DNA of 64,000 nt from Planktothrix sp. Lineage in GTDB: Bacteria; Cyanobacteriota; Vampirovibrionia; Obscuribacterales; Obscuribacteraceae. The stretch lies in contig DATNPN010000018.1 in the NCBI GenBank assembly GCA_036703195.1, positions 52,631-116,630 on the forward strand. Reading direction: 5' to 3'. The notes below the pieces were generated by a model. That model was not told the DNA's origin, did not search any database, and saw only the letters and a program-made list of their open reading frames with translations. Shown piece by piece: positions 17,338 through 26,898 of this stretch (positions within the stretch are counted from its first letter, which is position 1; every line of letters starts with the position of its first letter). The translations under genes and the position numbers were made by a program.

Positions 17338-17835
17338 TTAATTCGATGATTTACTCGGAACGATGTACGTGTAGGGAAAAGTTTGTTGGGTGGACAAAGT
17401 GACACCACCCGGCATGAATTGCTTGATGAGAAACGGCGGAATTACATCGACGGTAGTTTGAACTGTCACATCACCATCAATAGGACCGCCTAATGCTGCT
17501 GATGGAATGGGGCTGGTGAGTCGTTCTGTGACAACGCAATCGGGATGAATGACAACGCGTCCCAGAACATTGTATTTTTTCACAGTCGCTTCATCATAAA
17601 CATTGTGGATCACTCCTTCAGCTCGACTGCGCGGCGAGCGCGACATTAAAGCGTCTGGTGGTCCGCTTGCCGCAGCCCGCGCGGCATCCGCACACATCCT
17701 GTTATTTAGCGAGTAGCCGCTGTAGATCGAAACCAGATCAATTGCTAACAAAACAATCGGTACCAGTACGACAAGTCCGCACAAGAACTCGACCATCGAG
17801 CTACCGATTTTTCTGTTCGCGATGCTGATTTTCAT
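17338..17835 (-). CDS. TadE-like pseudopilin (Flp/Tad pilus assembly)
   Basis: The N-terminus MKISIANRKIGSSMVEFLCGLVVLVPIVLLAIDL matches the TadE-like signature (…VEF…hydrophobic helix). The start is placed at the in-frame ATG at 17835 rather than at the track start 17934. Confidence 0.55.
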   Translation of the reverse strand: MKISIANRKIGSSMVEFLCGLVVLVPIVLLAIDLVSIYSGYSLNNRMCADAARAAASGPPDALMSRSPRSRAEGVIHNVYDEATVKKYNVLGRVVIHPDCVVTERLTSPIPSAALGGPIDGDVTVQTTVDVIPPFLIKQFMPGGVTLSTQQTFPYTYIVPSKSSN

Positions 17836-17893
17836 TGGGGAGAGCAAACGATTGGTACCGCTATTATGCCGCAGAGCATGGAAGAACAGCGTG

Positions 17894-18811
17894 TCAAGGG
17901 CGAGGACTACCGCCGTTGGTTGCCGCGGTGGCACCGATCGCCATGGGCTGCGAGACCTTCTTGTCGAGACCCTGTAAATTGATGACCACTTGCAGCTTTG
18001 CTGCAGTAGGCAGTTGAGGGCTGGCGCCAGGCTGCTGTTTGCCGTTTTTTACCATAGTAAAAAAGTCTTGAAATTTGCGCTCAGCGGCCAATCGGGCCGG
18101 GGCGATTGTGCCTTTTACAGGCGCCGGCAGAGAGCAGATTTTGAAGTGCAAATCGCTGTCAGGTTCAGGCAAGGTCAAGGTGACATTGCCGTCGTACAGG
18201 TGCGTGTTTTCGTTGAGACATTTTTGTGAAATGTCGTAGTCATACAGGTCGGGAAAATTTTCTGATGACTGAACATTTGAATCGGTGCCTTGCAAATATC
18301 CCACCTGTAGATCGGTGAGAGCGGGCAAATCGGTGCCGATCCAATAAATCCCGGGCAGACTAAATCCGCGCTCTGAAGTGTCATGATTGCACTGCGCAAC
18401 AAACTGCGCCAGATCAGAAGAAGTCAACTTCGCGATCGTGTCGCGCTCATCTATCATCATTTGTGCCCCCTCTCTCGATTGATCGAGCAGACTTTTGGCG
18501 AAAGGCTGGAGCGAAGGATTGTTTTCGAGAACATAGTTATATGTCACTCTGTCTGCAAAAACCAACTCTCGAGAAGCGATCAGCATATTGTTGATTTCTC
18601 CGGCTCGATCGCCGGTGTTCATGATGCGAGCAGCCACCATGGCAGCCTTGTCCGCTCGTTCGCTCATGCGCTGTTGGGTGAATATGCCGGAAAAGACGAC
18701 CAATCCGAGTGTGATGAGAAAGAGAACAAGCGCCACCACCCCGACCGTGAGGAGGGTGTTGCCCGACCTTTTGCGAACCTCAAACAGAACCTGCTTTTGG
18801 GAAGCTCTCAT
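17894..18811 (-). CDS. TadG/TadE-like membrane-anchored pilus-assembly protein
   Basis: It has an N-terminal TM (…NTLLTVGVVALVLFLITLGLVVFS…) typical of TadG-like proteins. The position between two TadE-like genes supports the call. The ATG at 18811 is preferred over the GTG at 18877. Confidence 0.45.
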   Translation of the reverse strand: MRASQKQVLFEVRKRSGNTLLTVGVVALVLFLITLGLVVFSGIFTQQRMSERADKAAMVAARIMNTGDRAGEINNMLIASRELVFADRVTYNYVLENNPSLQPFAKSLLDQSREGAQMMIDERDTIAKLTSSDLAQFVAQCNHDTSERGFSLPGIYWIGTDLPALTDLQVGYLQGTDSNVQSSENFPDLYDYDISQKCLNENTHLYDGNVTLTLPEPDSDLHFKICSLPAPVKGTIAPARLAAERKFQDFFTMVKNGKQQPGASPQLPTAAKLQVVINLQGLDKKVSQPMAIGATAATNGGSPRP

Positions 18812-18859
18812 GTTCTCTCTATCGCTCTTACATGAGCGACAATAACGCAGTGTGAAATA

Positions 18860-19426
18860 ATGTGTAAGCAGATGCACAAGAAGCGTTCACAATCTCAACA
18901 AGGTCAGCAGATCGTAGAAATCGCTGCTGTCCTTTTAATTCTAGTACTCATTCTCGTTCCTGTGATCAGTATCGGTGTAGTACCTCTGCGGTTTGAGCTT
19001 GCTCGGCGGGGGGTGAACGCGGTTGTGCACAAACTGGCCGTTAACGACAAATTCAGTGACGCTGTCGTTGAACTGCAGAAAGAGCAAGAACTGCCGAGCG
19101 CGTTGGCATCGATCGGCGGAGTGCGCATTCGCTCCACTGTCTTGTCAATGCAAGTGACGAGTCAAAAAGCAAACAACCTGTCGGCCTCAGTCACTCGCCC
19201 CGGCGAGCTGGCAGCGGCATGGCTTCCTGACGGAGCGAATGCGCCTTGCGATTACTTTCTGCATCTTAAGGTGCAGACGGACATCGATCCGCTGATCACC
19301 GCTAAGGTCGCAGGACAGAGCGCCGCAGGTCTAAATGCGCCCATTACGATGACAATCGAGGAAATGGCTCACTGGGAAAGTTTGGGACGCGATCCGGCAA
19401 GCGGAAAATTCTATCTGGCGGAGTGA
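18860..19426 (+). CDS. TadE-like pseudopilin
   Basis: The N-terminus MHKKRSQSQQGQQIVEIAAVLLILVLILVPVISIG fits the TadE-like signature. Confidence 0.5.
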   Translation: MCKQMHKKRSQSQQGQQIVEIAAVLLILVLILVPVISIGVVPLRFELARRGVNAVVHKLAVNDKFSDAVVELQKEQELPSALASIGGVRIRSTVLSMQVTSQKANNLSASVTRPGELAAAWLPDGANAPCDYFLHLKVQTDIDPLITAKVAGQSAAGLNAPITMTIEEMAHWESLGRDPASGKFYLAE

Positions 19427-19443
19427 TTTTCTCCGGTGCGGTG

Positions 19444-20037
19444 CTATCTCAAGACTTCTTGCAGATCACCTGGTGGATCTGATACCACCGTCAATATAAA
19501 TGCCGCTTCCGTACCCTGTGCTTTGCGTTCAGGGACCGGCGGGGCCATGCGAAAACCTTGATTGCACATGGCATTCACGATGCCGCTGAATGAGTTGCGT
19601 GGGACCACTACTTCTTTTGTCGTGCATTTCTGCAGAAAAAGATCCAGGAAGACACGACCGATCGCATTAGCGGCCGCGTAATTTTGATCGCTGTCTGAAT
19701 TCATCACTCGGATGACGCCCCCGACTCCCGGTGTGACATCGAGCGTGGAGACGCGGCGGACACCCAGAACATGACTGGTCGTGTAATAAAGATCCTCGTA
19801 GCTTGCCGCCTGCGCCTTCGCCGGTTGAGCGTACGACACAGTCGCTTTGATTAACTTGGAGACGGGAGAACCTTGATGATCGAGATACGGCGAGTATGTT
19901 TGCAGAGCGATGTTGACTTGCCAATCTTCCATCAGATCGGTGCTTTGAGCAGCAGCTCGGCGACAGCAAATTACCGTCAGTGAAAGTGCAAGCAGCGCGC
20001 AATGTATCACTGGCGTCGCGATCTTAAGGAGGCTCAT
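19444..20037 (-). CDS. Secreted hypothetical protein
   Basis: It has a signal peptide (MSLLKIATPVIHCALLALSLTVICCRRAAAQ). No recognisable domain was found. Confidence 0.4.
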   Translation of the reverse strand: MSLLKIATPVIHCALLALSLTVICCRRAAAQSTDLMEDWQVNIALQTYSPYLDHQGSPVSKLIKATVSYAQPAKAQAASYEDLYYTTSHVLGVRRVSTLDVTPGVGGVIRVMNSDSDQNYAAANAIGRVFLDLFLQKCTTKEVVVPRNSFSGIVNAMCNQGFRMAPPVPERKAQGTEAAFILTVVSDPPGDLQEVLR

Positions 20038-20428
20038 TAAATCAAATCGGATCGGAGACGACCTTCGCAGTCTATCACCTAAGTCGAATCACCGCTGTAA
20101 CAAAGGTTTTGAGCGGTTTACGGAGCAATCCTAAGACGCCGCTCGCTTGCGCCAGGTAAATACAATTTTTACATTTCTCTGGTATTCAATGAATTGGGAG
20201 TGACCATTAGTGCGAACCGAAAACAGATGAATTCCGTCATTGCAAAACATTGGCGATACCTAATCTAAACGCTAACAAACTGCGGTTATTTATCGGCAGA
20301 TCAGGGAAAAAAGTAAAAAGTAGAAGGCGACATTCCGCATTCTTTCTTGCTTACCAGGAATTCCAGGCGTCACCAGTTACGACCGGAATCCGTTTATACT
20401 ACGCGAACAAGTTACCTGTGAGGTCATA

Positions 20429-21916
20429 ATGAGATCAGGAAACCATAGAGCTGCATACAAGTATCTGCTGGCCTCGCTTTTGCTCGCCAGTTCTGTCAGC
20501 GCCGCATCTGCGAGATCTTCGCATTTAGCGGACGATACGCTCATTGTGGTGACTAAACCTGGTCAGGATACGACACAGCTCAAAGCAGATCTCTATAGCG
20601 TGGCCAAAGCGCAGTGGGTTACCGAATTGCATGCCAATCGCGATAATTGGTCGATCTTTTTAGTTACTCCGCCCAATGGACAACGCGAAGCGACGCTGGC
20701 CAAATTGGCTGCCATGTCGGGCTCCCATCCCGAGATCAAAGGTTTTGAGCGCAACTACGCTAACAATCGCTGGGCAGCGGTAGGACCGTTCAAGAGCAAA
20801 CAATGGCCTCCTGCGCCTCCTCCTCATAGCGGCGGTGGTGGTAGCGGTGGCGGCGGCAGCGGCGGTGGCAGCGGCGGGGGCGGCACAACGACGTATCCCA
20901 GTCCTCCCAATGACACCGATTACTCGCAGCAATGGACACTGCCGTGTATGAATTGGACGGTAGCCCAGGCTAACGATATGAGTCTGCAGAAAGCTGCTGC
21001 GCACATAACTATTCTCGCCACCGGAGTCGAGCCGAACACGACAGACAACGAGTTAGGAGCGTACATCACTCAGTACAATGCCACCGGCAAAACTGTCGTC
21101 AAGGAGTCTTTAAGCGACGTCGACGATAACACTCTGGGGCGAAATACCCCGGGCGAGGGCTCAATTGACTGCCAGATGAGTGGTTCGTTGACTGACAACA
21201 AAACAGCACTATCAGGGGCCGCCAGTTTCGGACCGTACCCCGCCGATCTGATTATGCTGCGAATCGCTAGCGCGCAAAATCCGGATTCGGCATCGGAATC
21301 CGCAATCGACACCGCCTTGATGTGGGCGCTCAATAACCAGACAACTCGTGGAGGAGAAGGTCCGATCAACCTCAGTTATGGAACCGACGTGCAAGAGAAG
21401 GGGGCGACGCCGCTTTGGTCCGGCTCCGATATCGTTTCATTGTGCCAGAGCTTTGCCAATCAAGGCGACGTCCTTGTCGTGTCGAGCGGCGATGCACCCG
21501 GCACTTGGACCGGCAGCAATGCCACTATTCCGACCGGTTGTATAGTGGCCCAGGGGAGCGACAAAAATAATGCACTGGTAAACACACTGCCATCAAGTAC
21601 TTACGGTTCGGGAGCTGGATTGACGACCGTTTACAATGACCCGATCGCCGCTCCAGGCACGCTTCAACCGTGCATGGCTCCGAACGGAACATTGATTCCC
21701 GGTTCGATTTACGGAACGTCGTTCTCGTCGCCCTTTATCTGCTCTGCCATCGCAATGATGCGTACGGTTAACTCGAACTTGACTTGCGCACAGTGCTACA
21801 GCCTGCTCGTCTCGACCGGCACCACTGCTGGTGCGCCCAGTCCGGCTATCTCGCCGTCCTGGACGGTAGTTGTGCCCAACTTCCATGCGGCCCTGACGGC
21901 AGCGGCTGCGCAGTAA
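20429..21916 (+). CDS. Secreted subtilase (S8)-like protein with a Gly/Ser linker; catalytic Asp/His apparently not conserved
   Basis: It has a signal peptide, a (GGGGS)-like linker (GGGGSGGGGSGGGSGGGG), an oxyanion-region-like INLSYGTD, and a Ser-motif-like GTSFSSPFICSAIAMM (compare GTSMAAP). The DTG motif is replaced by ILATGVE, and no HGTH motif was found. Confidence 0.45.
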   Translation: MRSGNHRAAYKYLLASLLLASSVSAASARSSHLADDTLIVVTKPGQDTTQLKADLYSVAKAQWVTELHANRDNWSIFLVTPPNGQREATLAKLAAMSGSHPEIKGFERNYANNRWAAVGPFKSKQWPPAPPPHSGGGGSGGGGSGGGSGGGGTTTYPSPPNDTDYSQQWTLPCMNWTVAQANDMSLQKAAAHITILATGVEPNTTDNELGAYITQYNATGKTVVKESLSDVDDNTLGRNTPGEGSIDCQMSGSLTDNKTALSGAASFGPYPADLIMLRIASAQNPDSASESAIDTALMWALNNQTTRGGEGPINLSYGTDVQEKGATPLWSGSDIVSLCQSFANQGDVLVVSSGDAPGTWTGSNATIPTGCIVAQGSDKNNALVNTLPSSTYGSGAGLTTVYNDPIAAPGTLQPCMAPNGTLIPGSIYGTSFSSPFICSAIAMMRTVNSNLTCAQCYSLLVSTGTTAGAPSPAISPSWTVVVPNFHAALTAAAAQ

Positions 21917-21973
21917 ATCGAGCCGGCCACTGGCACAGCAAAACCGTAAAAGACGGTCTTAAAGGTACTAAAG

Positions 21974-22008
21974 CGGAAGAGAGCCCAGGCTCTCTTCCGC
22001 TCTCTTTA
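21974..22008 (+). terminator. Candidate terminator
   Basis: GGAAGAGAGCC-CA-GGCTCTCTTCC is followed by GCTCTCTTT. Further hairpins (ACCATATATGGT plus a T7 run; AAGCAGCGGAG/CTCCGCTGCTT) lie at 22036-22116 between the convergent genes. Confidence 0.35.
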
Positions 22009-22123
22009 ACGCCTGCGTGAACTCTGCTCGGTGTGATACCATATATGGTGCCACTTCAGGCAAATTTTTTTGTCTAGAAGCAGCGGAGCAGCTTTGTTAC
22101 AGCGACTCCGCTGCTTGGTGATG

Positions 22124-22447
22124 TTATCTTTTCTTTGTCGTGATGTTAGCTGCACGCCCGAGCGCATCGAAGCTGATGAGCGCGGACAGTATGGCTAAAG
22201 CCAATACCCATCCCGCGTCTTCCAACCCGCGATGAAAATACCAGGCTGCTCCGGATGCCGCCGCGATGATGACGCCAGCTGCCGCGACCAAACCGCGCTT
22301 GCGGATGGAGTCAAGCAAGCTGAGCGAGCCGACGAAAGCAACGAACAGAATCCAGCCCGAGCCTTCAGCTGGGGCAATGTAGAACCAGGCGGCCAGAGCC
22401 GCTAAGCTGATTACCGTTCCGACAACGGTGGTGACAATTCCTCTCAT
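22124..22447 (-). CDS. Small integral membrane protein (3 TM), hypothetical
   Basis: It is highly hydrophobic, with segments such as VVGTVISLAALAAWFYI…WILFVAFVGSLSLL…VAAAGVIIAAASGAAWYF…. Confidence 0.4.
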   Translation of the reverse strand: MRGIVTTVVGTVISLAALAAWFYIAPAEGSGWILFVAFVGSLSLLDSIRKRGLVAAAGVIIAAASGAAWYFHRGLEDAGWVLALAILSALISFDALGRAANITTKKR

Positions 22448-22602
22448 GACATACTCCTCTGCAACATTTGTGGGCGCGGTCGTTGATGCTCGACTGCGAC
22501 GTTATCGGTTTTCCGCCGGATGGCGGCTGTCAATGAATGAGCGATGCCAGAGGCAGCAGACCGGTGAGATAACCACCGGTCTGCATGCCTTTACGGCTAA
22601 AT

Positions 22603-23742
22603 TCAGGCTGCCTTCAGCTGTTTTTCGCGCACCAGCTTCAAGATCTTGCCGCACTTTTGCTTGTGCGTGGAGTTGCACTCGTCTCCGGGCACCAGTCCGT
22701 ACAACCGGGCGCGTTGCTCCTTGATGTTGGCGGAGCACGTCGCAGCCTTGACGATCTGTTTTCTGATGCGCTCGGCTTTGCCGCGCACATCAGCGGAGAG
22801 GTCTGCGAATTTGCTCTCGTACGTGCCGTTGATCAAGCTGTTCATCACGTAGCCGACGGAGAGCTTGGCGCCGATCCAGCGACTGATGTACGACTTGAAC
22901 TTGTACTTGACGCGCTCGCCATCGTCGAAGCGAACAACGAAGCCCTCCTGATTGAGATAGCGGCTCTTGCGCACGTAGCTATCGAGCACCTCCAGCGACT
23001 CGACCTTGAACTCCTCCGCCAGCTTGACGCCCAGCTTCTTGCTGAGCGCGACGAGCTCCTTATCGGAGAAGTCGTGGAACGTGTTGCGGTCGAAGGCGCC
23101 CAGAAGGATAAAGCCTTCTTTGTCGTAATCGACGATGACATGCGTCGTCGGGTGAATCACCTCGAGCAAAACTGTGACGTCGTCCGGCATTGAGGTTGCC
23201 CACTTCTGGCGGAATACATCAAGCATCTTATCGGCCACCTTGGACGTGTGGCTGATGAAACTGCCGCGCGTGGTGCCGACAATCTCACCTTGATACTTGA
23301 AGGTGATGAGCAGGTGTCCGTCGTACTTGCGGCGCACGACGAACTTGCCGCCAGGGAGCGGCTTGGTGATCTGCTTCTCTTCGCCGAAGTTGAAGAACTT
23401 CGGGAAGGGAAACGCCACCAGGTTAACATCGCGGTCGAAGATGATGCCGCGACACAAGCACAACGTGGGCGTCCAGCCGTTCTCGAAGGCGTGCAGGGTA
23501 AACTGCGCAATCTCCGAGTAGTTGAGACCAATCAGCGGTAAAGTCGGGTGGAAAAACGGCTTCACCAGGTTGGTGATGGACGGCATGCCCAGACCTTGTT
23601 CATAGCCGAACCATTTGCGCATGCGCTCCGCATTTTCTGCGTTGTCGCGCCAGGCCTTCCACGTCGTCCAGTCATTGACGCCGGCTTCAACGAGCGCGCC
23701 GACGAATTGGCGCAGATTCTGCACCGCATTCTTTGTCTTCAT
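22603..23742 (-). CDS. ATP-dependent RNA ligase (Rnl-type covalent nucleotidyltransferase)
   Basis: It has nucleotidyltransferase motif I KYDGH (KxDG), motif III-like FILLGAF, motif IV EGFVVRFDDG and motif V VKYKFKSY. The C-terminal region is Cys-containing. The length of about 380 aa fits the Rnl3/Pab1020-like or Rnl5-like families. Confidence 0.7.
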   Translation of the reverse strand: MKTKNAVQNLRQFVGALVEAGVNDWTTWKAWRDNAENAERMRKWFGYEQGLGMPSITNLVKPFFHPTLPLIGLNYSEIAQFTLHAFENGWTPTLCLCRGIIFDRDVNLVAFPFPKFFNFGEEKQITKPLPGGKFVVRRKYDGHLLITFKYQGEIVGTTRGSFISHTSKVADKMLDVFRQKWATSMPDDVTVLLEVIHPTTHVIVDYDKEGFILLGAFDRNTFHDFSDKELVALSKKLGVKLAEEFKVESLEVLDSYVRKSRYLNQEGFVVRFDDGERVKYKFKSYISRWIGAKLSVGYVMNSLINGTYESKFADLSADVRGKAERIRKQIVKAATCSANIKEQRARLYGLVPGDECNSTHKQKCGKILKLVREKQLKAA

Positions 23743-23872
23743 TTCAAGCTCCTGGAGAGTCGACGGCTTCGCGCTGGCGGCAGCCGTCGGGTTTAAATCA
23801 GTGAGGTGCCGCCTGGTGTTCGCACTAATGTGTCGAACTTTCGAGCGGCTAAACAGAACCAGATTCGGCGAG

Positions 23873-24796
23873 CTAGTGGATAAGCTCGGTGAGAATGCCG
23901 CCCAGTATTACCAGGACGATGCCGACCAGCCGCATTTTGCTCAGCTTCTCTTTCAGGAAGACGAGCGCGCAGATGTACAGCACGAGCGGATAACACGCGG
24001 TGATGACGATGGCGTAACTGGCGGACTGCGTTTTCATTAGCTGCAAGATGCAGTAGTTGCCGACTGCGACGCACAGCGCCGACAGCCAGGCGAAGCGCCA
24101 GATGCGCGCATTGCTGAAGTCGAATTTGAGACCCTGCTTCTTGAAGATGAGCCAGGCGATACCGGCGAACACCAGCTCCCAGGCGGTCTCTGCGAAATAA
24201 CCTTCGAGCGCGTTGCCGTAGCTGACGGCTTTCTTCTCGAATACTCCGACACCGCCCCACGACAACGCTGCGCCAAGCACGCAGAAGAGCACAATGCGCA
24301 AGTCACGAGCGCTCAGCTTCTGCTGTGACGCCGAAGCAGTAGTGCCGATTAGACCGACTCCCAAACTGACCAGCGTGGCAGATGCGAGTTTGGGCAGCGA
24401 GAGCGCTTCTCCCAGTATGGGCGCGGCTAAAAGGCTGCTGATGACGGGATATGCTGCCGTTATGCCGAGAACGTAGGATGCATCCGTGCGTGACAGAGCG
24501 CTGTAGTACAGCAGCATTGCCAGCACACCACCACCCGCTCCCAGCGACGACCAAAGCCACATCTGTGTCGAGAATGACCAGTGCATCGCGGTGAAAAACG
24601 AGATAACCAGCAGCCCTGACAGCAAGACGAAGTTGAACAGGTGAAACAGCAAGAACACCGTTTGGTTGGTGCTCGCTGCCACTGCCTTCTTGTCGAAAAC
24701 ACCCGCTATGCCCCAGACAAGGAGGGTGATGAGAACGAGTATGTGAATCATGTTGAACTCCCGCGGCTTGCCGCGATTCGCAAATGCGCGTGGCAA
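23873..24796 (-). CDS. DMT-superfamily (EamA-like) transporter
   Basis: It has ten predicted TM helices in two EamA-like halves. Confidence 0.65.
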   Translation of the reverse strand: MPRAFANRGKPREFNMIHILVLITLLVWGIAGVFDKKAVAASTNQTVFLLFHLFNFVLLSGLLVISFFTAMHWSFSTQMWLWSSLGAGGGVLAMLLYYSALSRTDASYVLGITAAYPVISSLLAAPILGEALSLPKLASATLVSLGVGLIGTTASASQQKLSARDLRIVLFCVLGAALSWGGVGVFEKKAVSYGNALEGYFAETAWELVFAGIAWLIFKKQGLKFDFSNARIWRFAWLSALCVAVGNYCILQLMKTQSASYAIVITACYPLVLYICALVFLKEKLSKMRLVGIVLVILGGILTELIH

Positions 24797-24814
24797 GCAG
24801 CTAGAGCACCGGGG

Positions 24815-25003
24815 CTATTCCCAGCCGCCCTTATCGATGATTTTGCCCATCAGTCCGAGCACGGTGAGAAAGCAGAGAATGCCGATCATCACGAAGACAC
24901 CAGCGAGTGTCTGGTTTTTGCAGTGATAGCCGGCGATGAAAAATTCGAACATAAGCACTATACAGAAAAGACCGATTTTCCGGTCTCTGTCTAGCTTTTT
25001 CAT
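24815..25003 (-). CDS. Small membrane protein (62 aa), hypothetical
   Basis: It has two hydrophobic segments and lies immediately upstream of the DMT transporter. Confidence 0.3.
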   Translation of the reverse strand: MKKLDRDRKIGLFCIVLMFEFFIAGYHCKNQTLAGVFVMIGILCFLTVLGLMGKIIDKGGWE

Positions 25004-25455
25004 TGGGGTAGACCTTTCGAAGGCTGAGCGCTTTCTATCAACCGTGCTCGATCATCCTCTCGGGAGAAGTGTTCGAAGCTGCACATGTTTCTATTGCATT
25101 GGGCGATTGAACGGGACGCTTAAATCTCTAAGATAGAAAAACGTCTTGAGGCTATTCGTAAACTGGCTCTCTATGCAAACGATTGTTGTGAACAGGAAAT
25201 AGTCAGCCTCTAATGCAGTCATGAAGTAAGCCCGGCAAAACTAAGCTCCTGGGGCAAAGGCAGATCGAGCAGCTCCGGGTTTGCCAACTTCATTGGAACG
25301 ATTTCACGCATTTGGAGGCGCCCACCGCTTAGCGCGGCTTGTGCTAAACCGTGCCGGAGCCACCAAACTATTTCTCGATTCACTAGTATTTCCCGTGTTG
25401 CGCTCAGACCGGCTCGTGCATACAGTGCTTTTGTTCGTCCCAATATACCGTTTGC

Positions 25456-26661
25456 ATGAAAGAACAGAACGCCGAGAGCGCTGTTGCGAAGCAGCCACAG
25501 TCGAGCGATGGCGCCTCCAATAAAGGGGCGCAGGAGCTGTCGTCGAGCGTCTGGCACTCGATGATCAGTGTAGAGTTTCAAAATCTGGAAGAGAAAGAGG
25601 ACAAGGGCGATTTCGTAATCAGCGCCTCCGGCCAGATTTTCACGCCGGGCAGCGGCGCATCCGCTCAGCCCAAAGTCTTGCTCGAGCGCCAGCCCGGGCA
25701 AGTGGCTCCGACGCAGATCGAGTTAGCGGCGGCCAACCGATTGGTCTCAGAACTTGCTGAAGAGGCGCGACGCTCCCATCCGAAGAGTGACAACGCGACA
25801 ATCGAATTGACGGATTCATCAGGAGTGATCTCCGCCAGTGTACGTAAAGATGAGCATCTTGTCGCAGACGCCCCCTCTTCCCACCTGGGAAACCCTGCCA
25901 CCACAGGTAGAGCCAAGCGAGACCAGGTGTCCATCGATTCCGCCGCCAAGGAAGCTGTTGCTCTTGCCACTGGAAGCGATGCTTCCGCCTCATACGCCAC
26001 TGTGCACAAATGGCCTGACGGACAACAGCGTGCCGGTAAATATCTGCTCAGCGCTCACGACATCGGTGGATTTCTGCTGGATATGGGATTGCCGCCTGAA
26101 AAAGACGATGTCGATAAACTCGTTCAGGCAGGAAAATTGCCGGAAAAATTTGGCGAAGCGTATCTTAACCCTGATTACAGGCAACAATTCCAGCAGTTTT
26201 TGAAAGATCTCCATCACGGTCGCGCCACCGCCGGTGATGTGGAAAAGTTTCTTCCTTCCGATCTGCAGGATATGATTGCCTCATCACTCGTGGACAAAAT
26301 CGAGGCTAACGGTGAGCACGCAAAACTAATCAAAGAAGCGTTGCAGTATGCACATGTGCCCACGAAAGACCACTACGTCTCACTGGTCAATACGATTGTA
26401 GAGTGGGAGAGCGACTGGCACGCGGCCATAACGAACAACTGGGACTCGAACGCTCGCGCCGGACATCCATCGAGTGGACTGATGCAGTGTATTCCGGAAA
26501 CTTTCCAAAAATATCGTCTGGCAAACCTGAGCGCCGACATAGACAATCCGCTTTCTAACGTGGTCGCCGGCATCAGATACGCAATCGCTAGATACGGTTC
26601 GCTGGACCGTGTACCAGGCATCGTCTCACTGAAAGTGAATCGGCATTATCGCGGCTATTAG
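25456..26661 (+). CDS. Lytic transglycosylase (SLT-domain) protein
   Basis: The C-terminal region …VEWESDWHAAITNNWDSNARAGHPSSGLMQCIPETF… matches the SLT catalytic-Glu and GLMQ motifs. The N-terminal region is low-complexity. Confidence 0.6.
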   Translation: MKEQNAESAVAKQPQSSDGASNKGAQELSSSVWHSMISVEFQNLEEKEDKGDFVISASGQIFTPGSGASAQPKVLLERQPGQVAPTQIELAAANRLVSELAEEARRSHPKSDNATIELTDSSGVISASVRKDEHLVADAPSSHLGNPATTGRAKRDQVSIDSAAKEAVALATGSDASASYATVHKWPDGQQRAGKYLLSAHDIGGFLLDMGLPPEKDDVDKLVQAGKLPEKFGEAYLNPDYRQQFQQFLKDLHHGRATAGDVEKFLPSDLQDMIASSLVDKIEANGEHAKLIKEALQYAHVPTKDHYVSLVNTIVEWESDWHAAITNNWDSNARAGHPSSGLMQCIPETFQKYRLANLSADIDNPLSNVVAGIRYAIARYGSLDRVPGIVSLKVNRHYRGY

Positions 26662-26898
26662 CCTGAGTCTCCGGCTAACGGGCGTTGGACGTCCTGATCC
26701 TTCACGCTAGGTGTCGATACCGTGTTTACCTCCCTGAGGAGGAACCCTCGGTTGAGCTGCTCCGATCAGATCGGCTTTACTGAGATGTTCAACATCTCTT
26801 CTCTCTTTCAACAAGAACTCCAAACTATCGCCGACTAAAACGCCAGAGGAAAGATTAAACAAGCATGACGCGATGCTTCGCTCCATGCCGCCTTCCAA

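Noticed and set aside
16476-17408. 310-aa minus-strand ORF antisense to the AMIN-TPR gene. The same applies to 55943..56971 antisense to S53, 11822..12781 antisense to JAB/E1, 22585..23193 antisense to the RNA ligase, 38142..39224 antisense to the OMP, and 3631..4239 and 2187..2690 antisense to the kinase/dioxygenase genes.
   Set aside because: The sense-strand genes have recognisable catalytic motifs and ribosome-binding sites. The antisense ORFs have a high-GC stop-codon-poor composition and no motifs.
25219-25701. 160-aa minus-strand ORF overlapping the start of the SLT-domain gene
   Set aside because: It overlaps a motif-supported plus-strand gene and the divergent promoter region, and it has no recognisable features.
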